Assembly (NCBI GenBank): GCA_946965045.2
Contig: OX337238.1
Span: forward strand, 1,488,001 to 1,552,000
Length of the DNA stretch: 64,000 nucleotides
DNA from: Epithemia pelagica
Lineage: Eukaryota; Protista; Bacillariophyta
Direction of reading: 5' to 3'
The notes under the pieces were generated by a model. That model did no database searches, was not told the DNA's origin, and saw only the letters and a program-made list of their open reading frames with translations. This document shows positions 1 through 9,933 of this stretch, piece after piece. Within the stretch, counting starts at the first letter, position 1. Each line of letters starts with the position of its first letter. Both the position numbers and the translations under genes were made by a program.

Positions 1-1562
1 CTCGCCTCCAAATTCAATTTTATCAAGAGAACACGGTCGTCGTCTTGATCACAGATTGAAGTACCGCGGTTCAGTTGGTCCGCAATCAGCATGACATACG
101 TAGACTTGCCTCCATAAAGCTCATAAAGATATTTTCCAATGGTATAGTGAAGGGAACTCCGTCTCGGACCCTGCAAAATGAGCTCGTAGGCAAATTGACG
201 AATCCGGTCATGAGAAAATTTAATTGAAGATCCAACAGTCTCAATCAAGTTCTCACTTTCAGCAAGTGCAATAATATGGTCAAAGTTGTAATCCTCTCCC
301 TCAATGGTTTTTTCCTCCAATGACGGGGAAAGGGGAGCTTCTCCACCTCCCAAATCCATTCCAGATAGGGAATCATCAATACGATCCAACAATGCTTTGT
401 TGCTGTATACACTTTGAAGCAAACTCCGATCTAGTTGGAAACCAAGACAAGCCGCCAAATACAACAACCGTCGAACTTCAGGAACCACGCCTTCGAGACG
501 GCGCGTCACTATCTCGGCAACATTCTCCGACACACTTGTGGTTGCTAAAATCTCAGATATGTTCCATGTCCATGCTCCCTGCAAAGGGTTGTAAAGCAAA
601 ACTTGCTCATGTTCCGGCATCTGAACAAATTGAACGACAAAGAAGGGATTGCCCATGGTTTTTCGATGAACGACAGATTCCAGGTCAAGTAGCAACGCTT
701 CTTCCTTTTCGTCACGGTAGTTCAGTGAAAGAGCAGACGCCAGCAGATCACAGATCGAGTTCATATTCAAATTTGATACAGCAACATTTTCAATTTGGAC
801 CATTGTCAAACTCTCCAGAAAGGGCTTGACAAGATTCTGTGTACCCTCATCTTCGTCGCGATATCCACCCAGCAACAACAGATTATGAGCATCCGCATCA
901 TTCACAATTGCCGAGAGTACATCAAGTGAGTTTGGGTCAGCCCATTGCATGTCATCAATAAACAAAATGACCGGTCGCATGGAGGAACAGAAGGACTTGA
1001 AGAACGCTCTGAACGCCAGAGCGACGCGTTTTGAAGCAAGCACCAATCTCTTCACTTCTGATTGTTGATGCGACAGGCGATGCCTCAAGTTTTCATCCGA
1101 TGTGTCGTCATAGTCGGCGGCTGTGTCAGATTTATCACCAAGCATGACTTCACCTAAGCTTGGAACCACTTCCGTCAGGATTTTCCCTTCAGTTTCCAGA
1201 AACATTTTCATGGTATCCAGAGCTTCGTCGTTTTCTCGTCCATTATCCGCCAAACTCTTGACGATTTGGGCCGCCAGAGAATCCAAGGCATGAACAAGAG
1301 CGGAATATGGTATGGAAGAATCCAAGTACTGATCAAACTTCCCTTCCAAAAAGTACAATTTCTCATTTTCGACCAGCATATTGTCTGATGATTCTTTTAT
1401 CACTCGACATAGAGACGTTTTGCCTGAACCTGACAATCCATGAACAAAACAAGCTTGAACAGGCGCGTTTTCGACAAAAAGGCGTTGCCTGATGTCACAT
1501 AGCTTCTCGATTTCGTCTTTTCTCCCAAACAAGTTGCCGTTGAGGCATAATTTCCATTTCAT
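1..1562 (-). CDS. STAND-like P-loop ATPase (AAA_16 / COG3899-type), runs off the left edge
   Basis: Not in the ORF track (no stop inside the window). Manual translation from ATG 1562: MKWKLCLNGNLFGRKDE..VHGLSGSGKTSL (Walker A)..YFLEGKFDQ..ILFIDDMQWAD (Walker B)..HRKTMGNPFF..KFSHDRIRQFAYEL..ADQLNRG; frame checked at both ends. Confidence 0.85.
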   Translation of the reverse strand, partial: MKWKLCLNGNLFGRKDEIEKLCDIRQRLFVENAPVQACFVHGLSGSGKTSLCRVIKESSDNMLVENEKLYFLEGKFDQYLDSSIPYSALVHALDSLAAQIVKSLADNGRENDEALDTMKMFLETEGKILTEVVPSLGEVMLGDKSDTAADYDDTSDENLRHRLSHQQSEVKRLVLASKRVALAFRAFFKSFCSSMRPVILFIDDMQWADPNSLDVLSAIVNDADAHNLLLLGGYRDEDEGTQNLVKPFLESLTMVQIENVAVSNLNMNSICDLLASALSLNYRDEKEEALLLDLESVVHRKTMGNPFFVVQFVQMPEHEQVLLYNPLQGAWTWNISEILATTSVSENVAEIVTRRLEGVVPEVRRLLYLAACLGFQLDRSLLQSVYSNKALLDRIDDSLSGMDLGGGEAPLSPSLEEKTIEGEDYNFDHIIALAESENLIETVGSSIKFSHDRIRQFAYELILQGPRRSSLHYTIGKYLYELYGGKSTYVMLIADQLNRGTSICDQDDDRVLLIKLNLEA

Positions 1563-2277
1563 TGTTCCGTACCATCATTAGCTACAAACGCGGCTGTGTT
1601 TTGGTTTTCTTTTAGAAATCCTGTGGTTCGTCGCAATCGTAAACACAAATGTACCATGGTCGATTGTTTGTAATTCGGAAAATAGGGGGACGAAATAGTT
1701 TGGGTCCCTTTTTACGCAACGGGGGAGGAAAAAGGGGGTTGAGAAAGGATCACAGATACAGATACCTTAGCAATCATAGCTTGTTAGATCCGAAATGTTT
1801 TCACAATGAGAGATCCAAAGTCGAGACCTTGATCAAACGTGGCACTTTTTTGGCTCATAAGGTAACATGTCGAGCGAGAACCAACCCATGGCAACGCCAC
1901 TCCACAATTGTACTTACAGCCGCTCCAAGCTGCTGTAGTTTGTCATACGCACAATCAAATCCCATTAAAGGTATTCAGGAAACGATAGTAACCGCCACCA
2001 TGAAAAATGCGAAACGTTGATTTAGGGAAGCAGTGCTGGTAGAAGCTACTCCTGCAAAAGGTTTTGCTACATAGGAGTATTCATCTTACTAGTAGTATAA
2101 CGTTACATTCGACTCAAAAGTAATAAGCATAGTCTTTTCTCCTCAGGCGCAATGCTTTTCAGCCTTGACAACGCCACAAACATAGGTTGGAAAGACAGTG
2201 AAACACGAACTTGCTGTAAAATAAAAAAAGGACTCCGGGAACATTTCCGCAATATTAAGAAATTCAGGAAGGTCCTT

Positions 2278-4669
2278 TCAAGATTGAACCCGTGCTGTTC
2301 GTCGGCCCCCGCGACGTGGATGTTTTGCAGGAGAGGCAGATTTCTTGTGTCTCTTTGTCTTCTTGGCCGGCTTTTTCCCGTCTATCAACTCATCAACAAC
2401 CGCTGCTGCTTCATCCACAGTAGCAGCTGCTTGCAATCCCGCTTCTCGCATAGCCGTTTCATCCACCTTGTCGTCGTTTTTCGTCCAGAGCTGACATTTC
2501 CCACAAGTGTCGTGCTTGCAGTGTGGTTCTTGACAAAAGTGACGGTACCCCTCGGACGGCGGAATGACCTTGCGGCACACATAGCAACTCAACGTGCCGC
2601 ATCCCGTACACGTGATTTTGTTACAACCTGATTCTTTCAGGAACGGTTTCTTACATTTCGGACAGGCCCTGACTTTGGCCAACGTCATCGCTTCTTCTAC
2701 GCAATGTCGACCAGTTTGTGAATGAGCCTCCTGTCGGACTTGATCACAGGTTTTGCCCTCGTGCCAGGGCAAAAAGCAAGATCGGCAGGACGTATGCTTA
2801 CAGTCATCCATGGGACACACAAACTTTTGTCCGTGTTCTGATCCATCTGGTGCGTCCTGGTCGACCTGGACTTGAAAGCCACATCGAGGACACGCCACAA
2901 GATTGTTCAAGTCTGCTGCTTGGACTGTAATTTGGAACTGCAGTTCATCATACTTTTCCATCGTGGTTGGAGACAACGCCTTTTCCAAAATTTCCCGTGA
3001 AAATCCCGACGAGCAATCTGCATAAAAGCATTTAAGGTCCATAGCTGGTCGTTTTGTTTTTGGATCTACGGCACCCAAATTACCCAATCCAAAGATTTGC
3101 GTGTCCGCAAAGTTGGCCAAACAATCAACACAAAACAAGTGACCTTCGTTACGACACGCGCACATGTCTTCCATCAAGAATTGATCGAAGCAACACATAC
3201 ATTCCACACCGGTGTTTGTCATTTGTGCCTTGACCTGATTATGTTTTCGTTTTATGTGGTTGCGGGCTCGAATCATCCAATCATTCATCTTTTGATGGAC
3301 ATACACGATTTCCTCGTCCAAAATTTTGTTCGCCACAGTTGGGTTGTTTGTGGCATCTGCAAAATCCAACAAAACACTTCGCTTGGCCCACGGTGGCTTT
3401 TCCGCCCGTGGATGCTTGAGATAAATCCGTCCAGAATGAATGGAAGCGAGTTTTGCCAAGTTTGCAATTTGACTTTCATCCAAAGCATGACTGCTAGACA
3501 TGGCTCGTTCGACTAGCCCGTATTCTGATAAAAGAGAAAATTTGATGAGAAAGAAACGATATATGACTTGCAAACAACACGTACATCACCATATAGATAA
3601 TGCAAGATTAACTCCCATGACGTCTTGACAACTTGCCTTTCGTCAGTGAGTCATCTTCATCACTTTCTTGTGGCTTGCCTCCTGCTACTTTTGCATGGTC
3701 ACTGCTTTTTTTAATGGCTTCAACGATAGCCTGATGAGCAATCGCAAAATGTTTTCTACCACCATGATGCAAAATACTTTTGGCTCCTGCCATGCTCAAG
3801 AAGCAAAACTCTCGACATAATTGCGCCTGCGCTTGTTCCAGATACTCATTGTCAGGACAAAAGGTGTTGGTGTCGCTTTTGGCAGTGGCTGGTTCTTTTC
3901 GTTGTGCTCCCTCTTTCGCAGGGCTCTCTTGGTCAGTAGCCACCATGAAATCATACGTCCACCGTTTGCGACGGCCTTGACGATGCAAGGTGGTGACGGG
4001 ACCAGCAGTAACGGACGCCATGGGTACTTCTGGTTGTTTCCACAATGCCGCTGGTTTGCGATCCTCAACCTCGTTCCAAACCTCCACAATCTCGGAGTCC
4101 GCTTCTGGTCCAGACGATGAAGTCAACAGTGAGGCTACTACCGAACCTACATCCCCATTGAATATCCGCAGTAGCTTCCTGATCCTGAAGCGTGGCGCAG
4201 TGGGGAACATTTCAAGCACTTGTCGTAATTTTCCCAAGTGATTGTCCTCATCCTCCTCACTGTCCAATTCGATTGGCATCGCTGATGCTGCCGCCGCTGC
4301 TGCTGCGACAAAGGGTCGCTTTCGACCACGACGGGAGACAGAGGCTGTATTCCGCACAGGACTATGTGGATTCCGGTCTGCCTTCACTACCTGGATATCA
4401 GCCATGTCTTCTTCATCCGAACTATCAACCAAATCAATCACCCCGGGTGGATCGGATCGAACTTTCACAAATCCTTGTGTGTTCGTTGCGGGCTTTTTAG
4501 TAGAATCAACTGCGTGATTCGCTCTATCACCCAGACCTTTCCGTCTGTTTTCCGTTCGACCAGCCGAGGGCGACCCGTACACAATAACATCTGTTCCAGC
4601 CGACAGATCCACTATTGCGGTTTTTGATGGTTCGGCCTTCGTGTACTTCGAACGACGAGTGGAAACCAT
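2278..4669 (-). CDS. RBR (RING1-IBR-RING2) E3 ubiquitin ligase, RNF216/TRIAD3-like, with CUE-like domain; exons 4669-3637 and 3524-2278 (759 aa)
   Basis: CMCCFD..CRNEGHLFCVDC; ACPRCG..CPMDDCKHTSCRSCFLPWHEGKTC; CPKCKKPFLKESGCNKITCTGCGTLSCYVC; LRQVLEMFP (CUE-like). Intron 3636-3525 (GCAAGT..TTATCAG) joins the two ORFs in frame. Confidence 0.88.
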
Positions 4670-5374
4670 TGTTGGAGATGTGGTGTGCGGAAAATCTGGA
4701 TTCTTTGGCGTCATCCAAGGCCCCTTCTCTGCAGTTTTAATCGGGATGAAGAGTAGAAAAAGAAGGCTGCGTTTCTGGGTTGTTGTCCTTCACGAAACCG
4801 TCCGCTCTATTCCCATTGTGATGATTGGTGAGTGCGAATTTCTCGTATACCCCCCCTTAAATCGAATATGTCACCCTCAAATCCTCCTCATGCCTGCGCG
4901 CGATCCAGCCCTGGCGGGAACTCCCCGGCCAGCGTCAGTGCCGGCTTGACGTGGCTCTTCTACAGATACAATCACTCGAGATTCATGGCGATTCGAACAT
5001 AACATTGTGTAGCTGCGCGCATGCTTGCGGGTTTTGGCTTTCAACCCAGTCGCGCAGAAACTCTTTTCGTCTCATACTTCTAGGTTTTACTTCCATTAGT
5101 ACGACACGTCAAAAATTCAACCGTACTCCCTAGTAGTGCAAAAATTCGAAGATTCCCACTGATTGAATCTTTTGAACGGGGGAACCATCATGCAACATGC
5201 TTTTGTTCTATGAACGAAGTTCTCTCAAAGACGGAGACGCTTCAGTGGAATCCATAACATGGACAAATGAAGTGAATGGGACGTTGAACAACGAACAACC
5301 ATGTTTGCGTTACAGAACTCAGCCCAAAGCAAGCGGAGGAAATCGTTCGTCGAAAGGAAGCAGCCAAACGTCGC

Positions 5375-6382
5375 TTGCAACATCATCAGGGAGGCTCACG
5401 GAGCACTGCTTCTTTCGCCAGTGGTACGTCTAGCCAACACAGTCATGGCAGCGTTAACAAGACTCGAGGGAATCGCGGTGCAAGTAAGAGCAGGAACAGT
5501 TCCTCGACGTGTTGTGACATTGACAGGGACAATCGTTCGATTGCAAGTGACATAACCAAAGACAGTGATAAGCAAACCCGCAAGGTTCAACGAAATGGGT
5601 TATTCGGCCGTCGCAGTCAGACGGATGCCTCTACAGGTGACAGAAAGCAAGGACATGGAAAGAAACAAGAAGGTTCACATTCCAATGAAGGAGAAGTTCC
5701 TATGGTGGTCTCAACGCCCCACACTTCCACAAAAACCACTTCGAAAGAACAACTGCGATGTGAGGAAAAGAAGAAGAATGCGATTGAAACCATTAAGCGG
5801 TTGGAACAAACGATTGACACTCAGGAGAAGCGAGAGGCTGCTTTGCATGTCAAGATCCAGTCGTCTGTCAAGAAAGCAAATGACATGATGGCAATGGGAA
5901 ATAAGTCTGGTGCTTTGCGCTGGATGAAACAGAAGAAGCGTGATGAAAACGAAAAGGCTAAAGTGAATGCGGTCATTGATACGATCATGTCACAGGTTGA
6001 TTCCATTGAGTCGACATTGAATCAAGCAGAGTGTTTGGCGGATATGAGATTGGCTGCCGCTACCATGGAAGACTTGCGAAGCAGCACCTCGCAGGGAAGC
6101 TTGGAGCAAGTCGACTTACTCATGGAGAAGATTCGTGACTCAGAGGACTACGCCGCAGAAGTGACGCGAATACTATCTGAACCTGTGCACCATGTAGTCA
6201 TGAGCGACGAAGATCTTCTTAATGAACTAGAGGAGTTACAAGAGGGAGAAGTCTCGAACATGGACATGGAAGTGGAAACGCCTCACTTTGATGAAGAGCA
6301 AATGGATTCTTTGTCCTCGATTCCCCAAGCGCCTCATGGCTTTGCGTCGAGAAATCCCGCCCTAGTTCCAGAGGATTACTGA
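5375..6382 (+). CDS. Snf7/CHMP (ESCRT-III) family protein, copy 1; 5' end uncertain
   Basis: AIETIKRLEQTIDTQEKRE..GNKSGALRWMKQKKRDE..IESTLNQAE..MEKIRDSEDYAAEVTRILS..DEDLLNELEEL follows the Snf7 helical pattern. The ORF starts at TTG; a possible acceptor (TTACAG, 5315) suggests an upstream exon. Confidence 0.8.
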   Translation: MQHHQGGSRSTASFASGTSSQHSHGSVNKTRGNRGASKSRNSSSTCCDIDRDNRSIASDITKDSDKQTRKVQRNGLFGRRSQTDASTGDRKQGHGKKQEGSHSNEGEVPMVVSTPHTSTKTTSKEQLRCEEKKKNAIETIKRLEQTIDTQEKREAALHVKIQSSVKKANDMMAMGNKSGALRWMKQKKRDENEKAKVNAVIDTIMSQVDSIESTLNQAECLADMRLAAATMEDLRSSTSQGSLEQVDLLMEKIRDSEDYAAEVTRILSEPVHHVVMSDEDLLNELEELQEGEVSNMDMEVETPHFDEEQMDSLSSIPQAPHGFASRNPALVPEDY

Positions 6383-6635
6383 CTCTCGACTTTCGCCATC
6401 AATAATGGGAACAGGCTGAAACTTGAAACACTATGATTATTTGCTGGATGACTGTTTAGTGTCGTGAGTGAATTGTGTCACATTACTACATCGTTCCTTT
6501 TCCATTGGATTTAAAGCGACATGAAAACGACCAAACCTCGCTTTCTCTCGGTGTTGGTTTCCTTCTAGGTAGATGGATGGGCTGTCAGGAAAGACAATTT
6601 ATTGTACATGTAAAAGACTAAAAGATGGTGTATTC

Positions 6636-7038
6636 GAATGAACTAAACTATGTTTCCACTATTTTGATGCATGGTGCTCGGCAAACACTCGAAGATGTTC
6701 CGTTTTGAGAAAGCATAGCATGTACCAGCTACTCCTACCGACGAACAAAGCGTAGATGTCCATGATTGAATGAACTAAAGTATGTTTCCACTATTTTGAT
6801 GCATGGTGCTCGGCAAACACTCGAAGAGGTTCCGTTTTGAGAAAGCATAGAGCATGTACCAACTACTCCTACCGACGAACAAAGCGTAGATGTCCACGAT
6901 TGAATGAGCTAAAGTATGTTTCCACTATTTTGATGCATGGTGCTCGGCAAACACTCGAAGAGGTTCCGTTTTGAGAAAGCATAGAGCATGTACCAGCTAC
7001 TCCTACCGACGAACAAAGCGTAGATGTCCACGATTGAA
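6636..7038. repeat. Tandem repeat, 3 copies of a 132-134 bp unit
   Basis: GATTGAATGAACTAAAGTATGTTTCCACTATTTTGATGCATGG..AAAGCGTAGATGTCCAC recurs with unit starts near 6632, 6764 and 6898, and a partial unit at 7032. Confidence 0.95.
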
Positions 7039-7167
7039 ACAAATTGTTGGGGGATCTTTCTCATGATCAACCGCCACGCGTGCGTTTTCAATGTGATTGC
7101 CCTTTGAAGAGGCTTATTCAAGTACGAATGGCCCAGTTCGCAATAAGGTACATTGAATAAAAATTTA

Positions 7168-8072
7168 GGGTGCGATTGGGGGGGTACCTTTGTTCGTCCG
7201 TCATCCGAAAGGAAAAAAATTGTCTCGTATTTTTTCCCAAAGCGCCAGCCGGGTGATATCGCCAGCCTCTCTTCGATCGTTCGAAATCGACGCGCCGGTC
7301 ACGCCTTGTATATCGTCTCACTTTTCGAGCAACACCACAAAAGACGACCATGAGCACACCAAAAACCAAAAGAAAACCATCCAGCCGGACGAACGACCAC
7401 AGTGACAACTTTATGGTCAAAACCATCCACCTAGATCACAAGTGAAGGCAGAATGCATCAACCTAGATCACAAGTGAAGGCATAATGCATCAAAGGAAGG
7501 ATGACAACATGAAACATGACAATCAACCACTGCAATGAACAATCAACCACTGCAATGATGAAGCGAAGGTTTGACAGCGTCATCATGGGGTATGTAAGCC
7601 CAGGAAGCAGGAAGCCTAAACTAGTAGTGGACTATGCTTTTATCTTTGCCATAGACAAAGTGCCAGGAGCTTGTGTTGATACTCCTAGAGGTGCATTGCA
7701 TCATGTGTGTGTATTTTCAGGGTTTGGTGTGTGTGTGTGTGTGTGTGTGTGTGTGATGATTCCGTGAAGCTTGATCCACTACTACGTAAAGAGTACTCGC
7801 TTCTGAAACAGTATAGACTTTAGAGTACAAAATTAGCTTGTAGATTTCTCTGTGCATGTCTCGTCAAGTCTCACGGCTCACGCCGGTTCCTGTTTCCCAT
7901 TCATGAGCGCAAGCGGCTACACAATAGGGCGAAGCCAGTTATTACAGTTGGCTTGGACGTTATAATAATGTGCTAAATCAAAAGAAATTTGAAAGAAATA
8001 AGTTTTACATTTTTTAGGAAAATATGGGAATAACCGTATGGACAGCAGACGGGAGGTACCCCCGCAATCGGA
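7168..8072. mobile_element. Putative non-autonomous DNA element; 7168-7783 is shared with 38740-39324
   Basis: About 600 bp nearly identical to 38740-39324. The left end TGCGATTGGGGGGGTACC matches the reverse complement of 8055-8072 at 16/18 positions. No clear TSD. Confidence 0.55.
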
Positions 8073-8147
8073 GGGATTTGTGAACCTGCATCATGATGGC
8101 AGACTTTTACTATAATCGTTTTAGTACTTCCAAAATCCCCCAAATGA

Positions 8148-9689
8148 ATGATGGACGAGACAAGTGCGTGCAACGGTCCATTCTCTGTACAGGTTTACAC
8201 TTCCTCTTCTCCTTCTCCCTCTTCCCCTTCCTATTCCAATGGAACAAGAAGCTGTCATGAACCCACGCCATCAATAGTTTTGTTCTCTGTATTCTCGTTT
8301 GCGAAAAAGAGATTTGCCATGTTCAAACATTACAAAAGAAATGCATCCAAGAAACCATCCAATGAAATGGCCATTCGTACCGATCGTACCGAGTTACCCA
8401 AGAAGCGATGGCGACCACGGTTGAATGACAACAGTAGCTGTGCGTCGGTCAAGACCACACGAACAACTTCCACAACAAGGACGCGACAAGCCAGTCTCCA
8501 TACAAAAACCAAAAGTGACGCACCAGAGAGCCGTCGCCATCGAAAAAATACCAGCAGTACCACCACAAGCGTGACCAGTGCCACCTCCGACAATGTTCCC
8601 AGCGCTCACAACAGCAATCTGACAGATGATAAAGAACCTATCAATGATTCGAAAACCAAAACCAAAACCAAAACAACCACTGATTCAAGCTTGACATCTA
8701 CCAAGGCCAAGCAATCGACACCTGAAAACAGGCGCCTTGATAACCGCCGTGAGTCCTTCAAGTCAAGAAAGAATCTCAAAAAGACTTCGTCTACGTATTC
8801 GCCAATGCCTGGTATTTTGATTCTGGAACCGCGAAAAAAGGGAGAAGATCTCAAGAAAAATCTGTCACCCAATACATCCATGGAAGAAACGGCCACATGC
8901 ACAACGGGGTTCTTTTCAGAGCCTCCCTTTTCAACAACAGTGGCTCTCTCGTCAACGTCCGGTGCACCAGTTTCCGAAGAACAAAAACTAGAAAACCAAC
9001 GAGTCATTGCACAGGAAACCTTGGACCGTCTCAATCTAGCCATTGAGGCTCAAGAAGACCGCGAACGAATTCTGGAATTCAAAATTCGCACTTCGGTAAC
9101 CAACGCCAAGGAAAAGGTCTCGGCGGGCAATTTGACGGCGGCCCTACGGTGGATGCGACAAAAGAAACGAGACGAAAATGAACAAGCGCGAGTGAATGGT
9201 GTGATTGACACACTCATGATTCAAGTCGATTCCATTGAATCCACCTTGAATCAAGTCGAGTGTTTGGCCGTGATGCAAACTGGCGCCTCTACGATGGAAA
9301 CCTTGAAGAATGGTGGCACATCTGTTCAAGCGAATACGGAAAAGGCCAAAAAGCTCATGAACAATATTCAAGACTTTATGCACTATGCAACACAAGTGGA
9401 TGAAATGCTCTCTCGACCCCTCCAACAAATCATCGTCACCGATGAAGAACTCATGGAAGAATTGGCCGATTTGCCAGACGTTTCCTTTCGCGACGAAGAG
9501 TTACTTCAGGAACTCACCGAACTTCAAATGCCCACGGTGGAAGAACGGGAACCTCCCATGATGGACGACATGCCCACCTTGGATCGAGTGCCCATTCTTC
9601 AACCACAGGAACTCTTGGCTGCCCTGCCAGAAGCACCTACTGGATGGCCGGCAATGTCCAAGAGCACCAAACGGCAAGACACGTTTTAG
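8148..9689 (+). CDS. Snf7/CHMP family protein, copy 2, with long S/T/K-rich N-terminus
   Basis: AQETLDRLNLAIEAQEDRE..GNLTAALRWMRQKKRDENEQARVNGVIDTL..IESTLNQVE..DEELMEELADL; clear paralog of 5375-6382. The true start may be the ATG of MFKHYKRN near 8320. Confidence 0.82.
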   Translation: MMDETSACNGPFSVQVYTSSSPSPSSPSYSNGTRSCHEPTPSIVLFSVFSFAKKRFAMFKHYKRNASKKPSNEMAIRTDRTELPKKRWRPRLNDNSSCASVKTTRTTSTTRTRQASLHTKTKSDAPESRRHRKNTSSTTTSVTSATSDNVPSAHNSNLTDDKEPINDSKTKTKTKTTTDSSLTSTKAKQSTPENRRLDNRRESFKSRKNLKKTSSTYSPMPGILILEPRKKGEDLKKNLSPNTSMEETATCTTGFFSEPPFSTTVALSSTSGAPVSEEQKLENQRVIAQETLDRLNLAIEAQEDRERILEFKIRTSVTNAKEKVSAGNLTAALRWMRQKKRDENEQARVNGVIDTLMIQVDSIESTLNQVECLAVMQTGASTMETLKNGGTSVQANTEKAKKLMNNIQDFMHYATQVDEMLSRPLQQIIVTDEELMEELADLPDVSFRDEELLQELTELQMPTVEEREPPMMDDMPTLDRVPILQPQELLAALPEAPTGWPAMSKSTKRQDTF

Positions 9690-9933
9690 GGAGTTCATAC
9701 GACTTGGTTTGTTGCGATTACTGGTTGACACTTTTGCACGTCGACGTTTTGTGCAATAAATGTTTCTTGTATTTGTAACAGTAGACACAACTTAGCCTAT
9801 CAAACACTTTGTTGGTGTGCATTATTCGTACGCTGCGCACTGATGTAGTTCCACGTTGAGTGGAGAACGTTTTACAAAAGGCAAGAGACAGATGTAGTTC
9901 GTACGGTAGTTTTGAAGCGTGTCTTAAAAAATG

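Noticed and set aside
320-1492. Plus-strand ORFs 320-829 and 1307-1492
   Set aside because: Antisense shadows of the minus-strand STAND ATPase ORF.
4850-5160. GC-rich stretch that might be a tRNA or other ncRNA
   Set aside because: No cloverleaf, T-loop GTTCRA in context or recognisable box motifs; more likely a divergent promoter region.
6636-7038. CRISPR-like array
   Set aside because: Units are contiguous 134-bp repeats with no unique spacers; eukaryotic context and no cas genes.
7776-7790. CACTA motif suggesting a CACTA/EnSpm terminus (also near 39319)
   Set aside because: No matching TAGTG terminus with a 3-bp TSD and no CACTA-type transposase.
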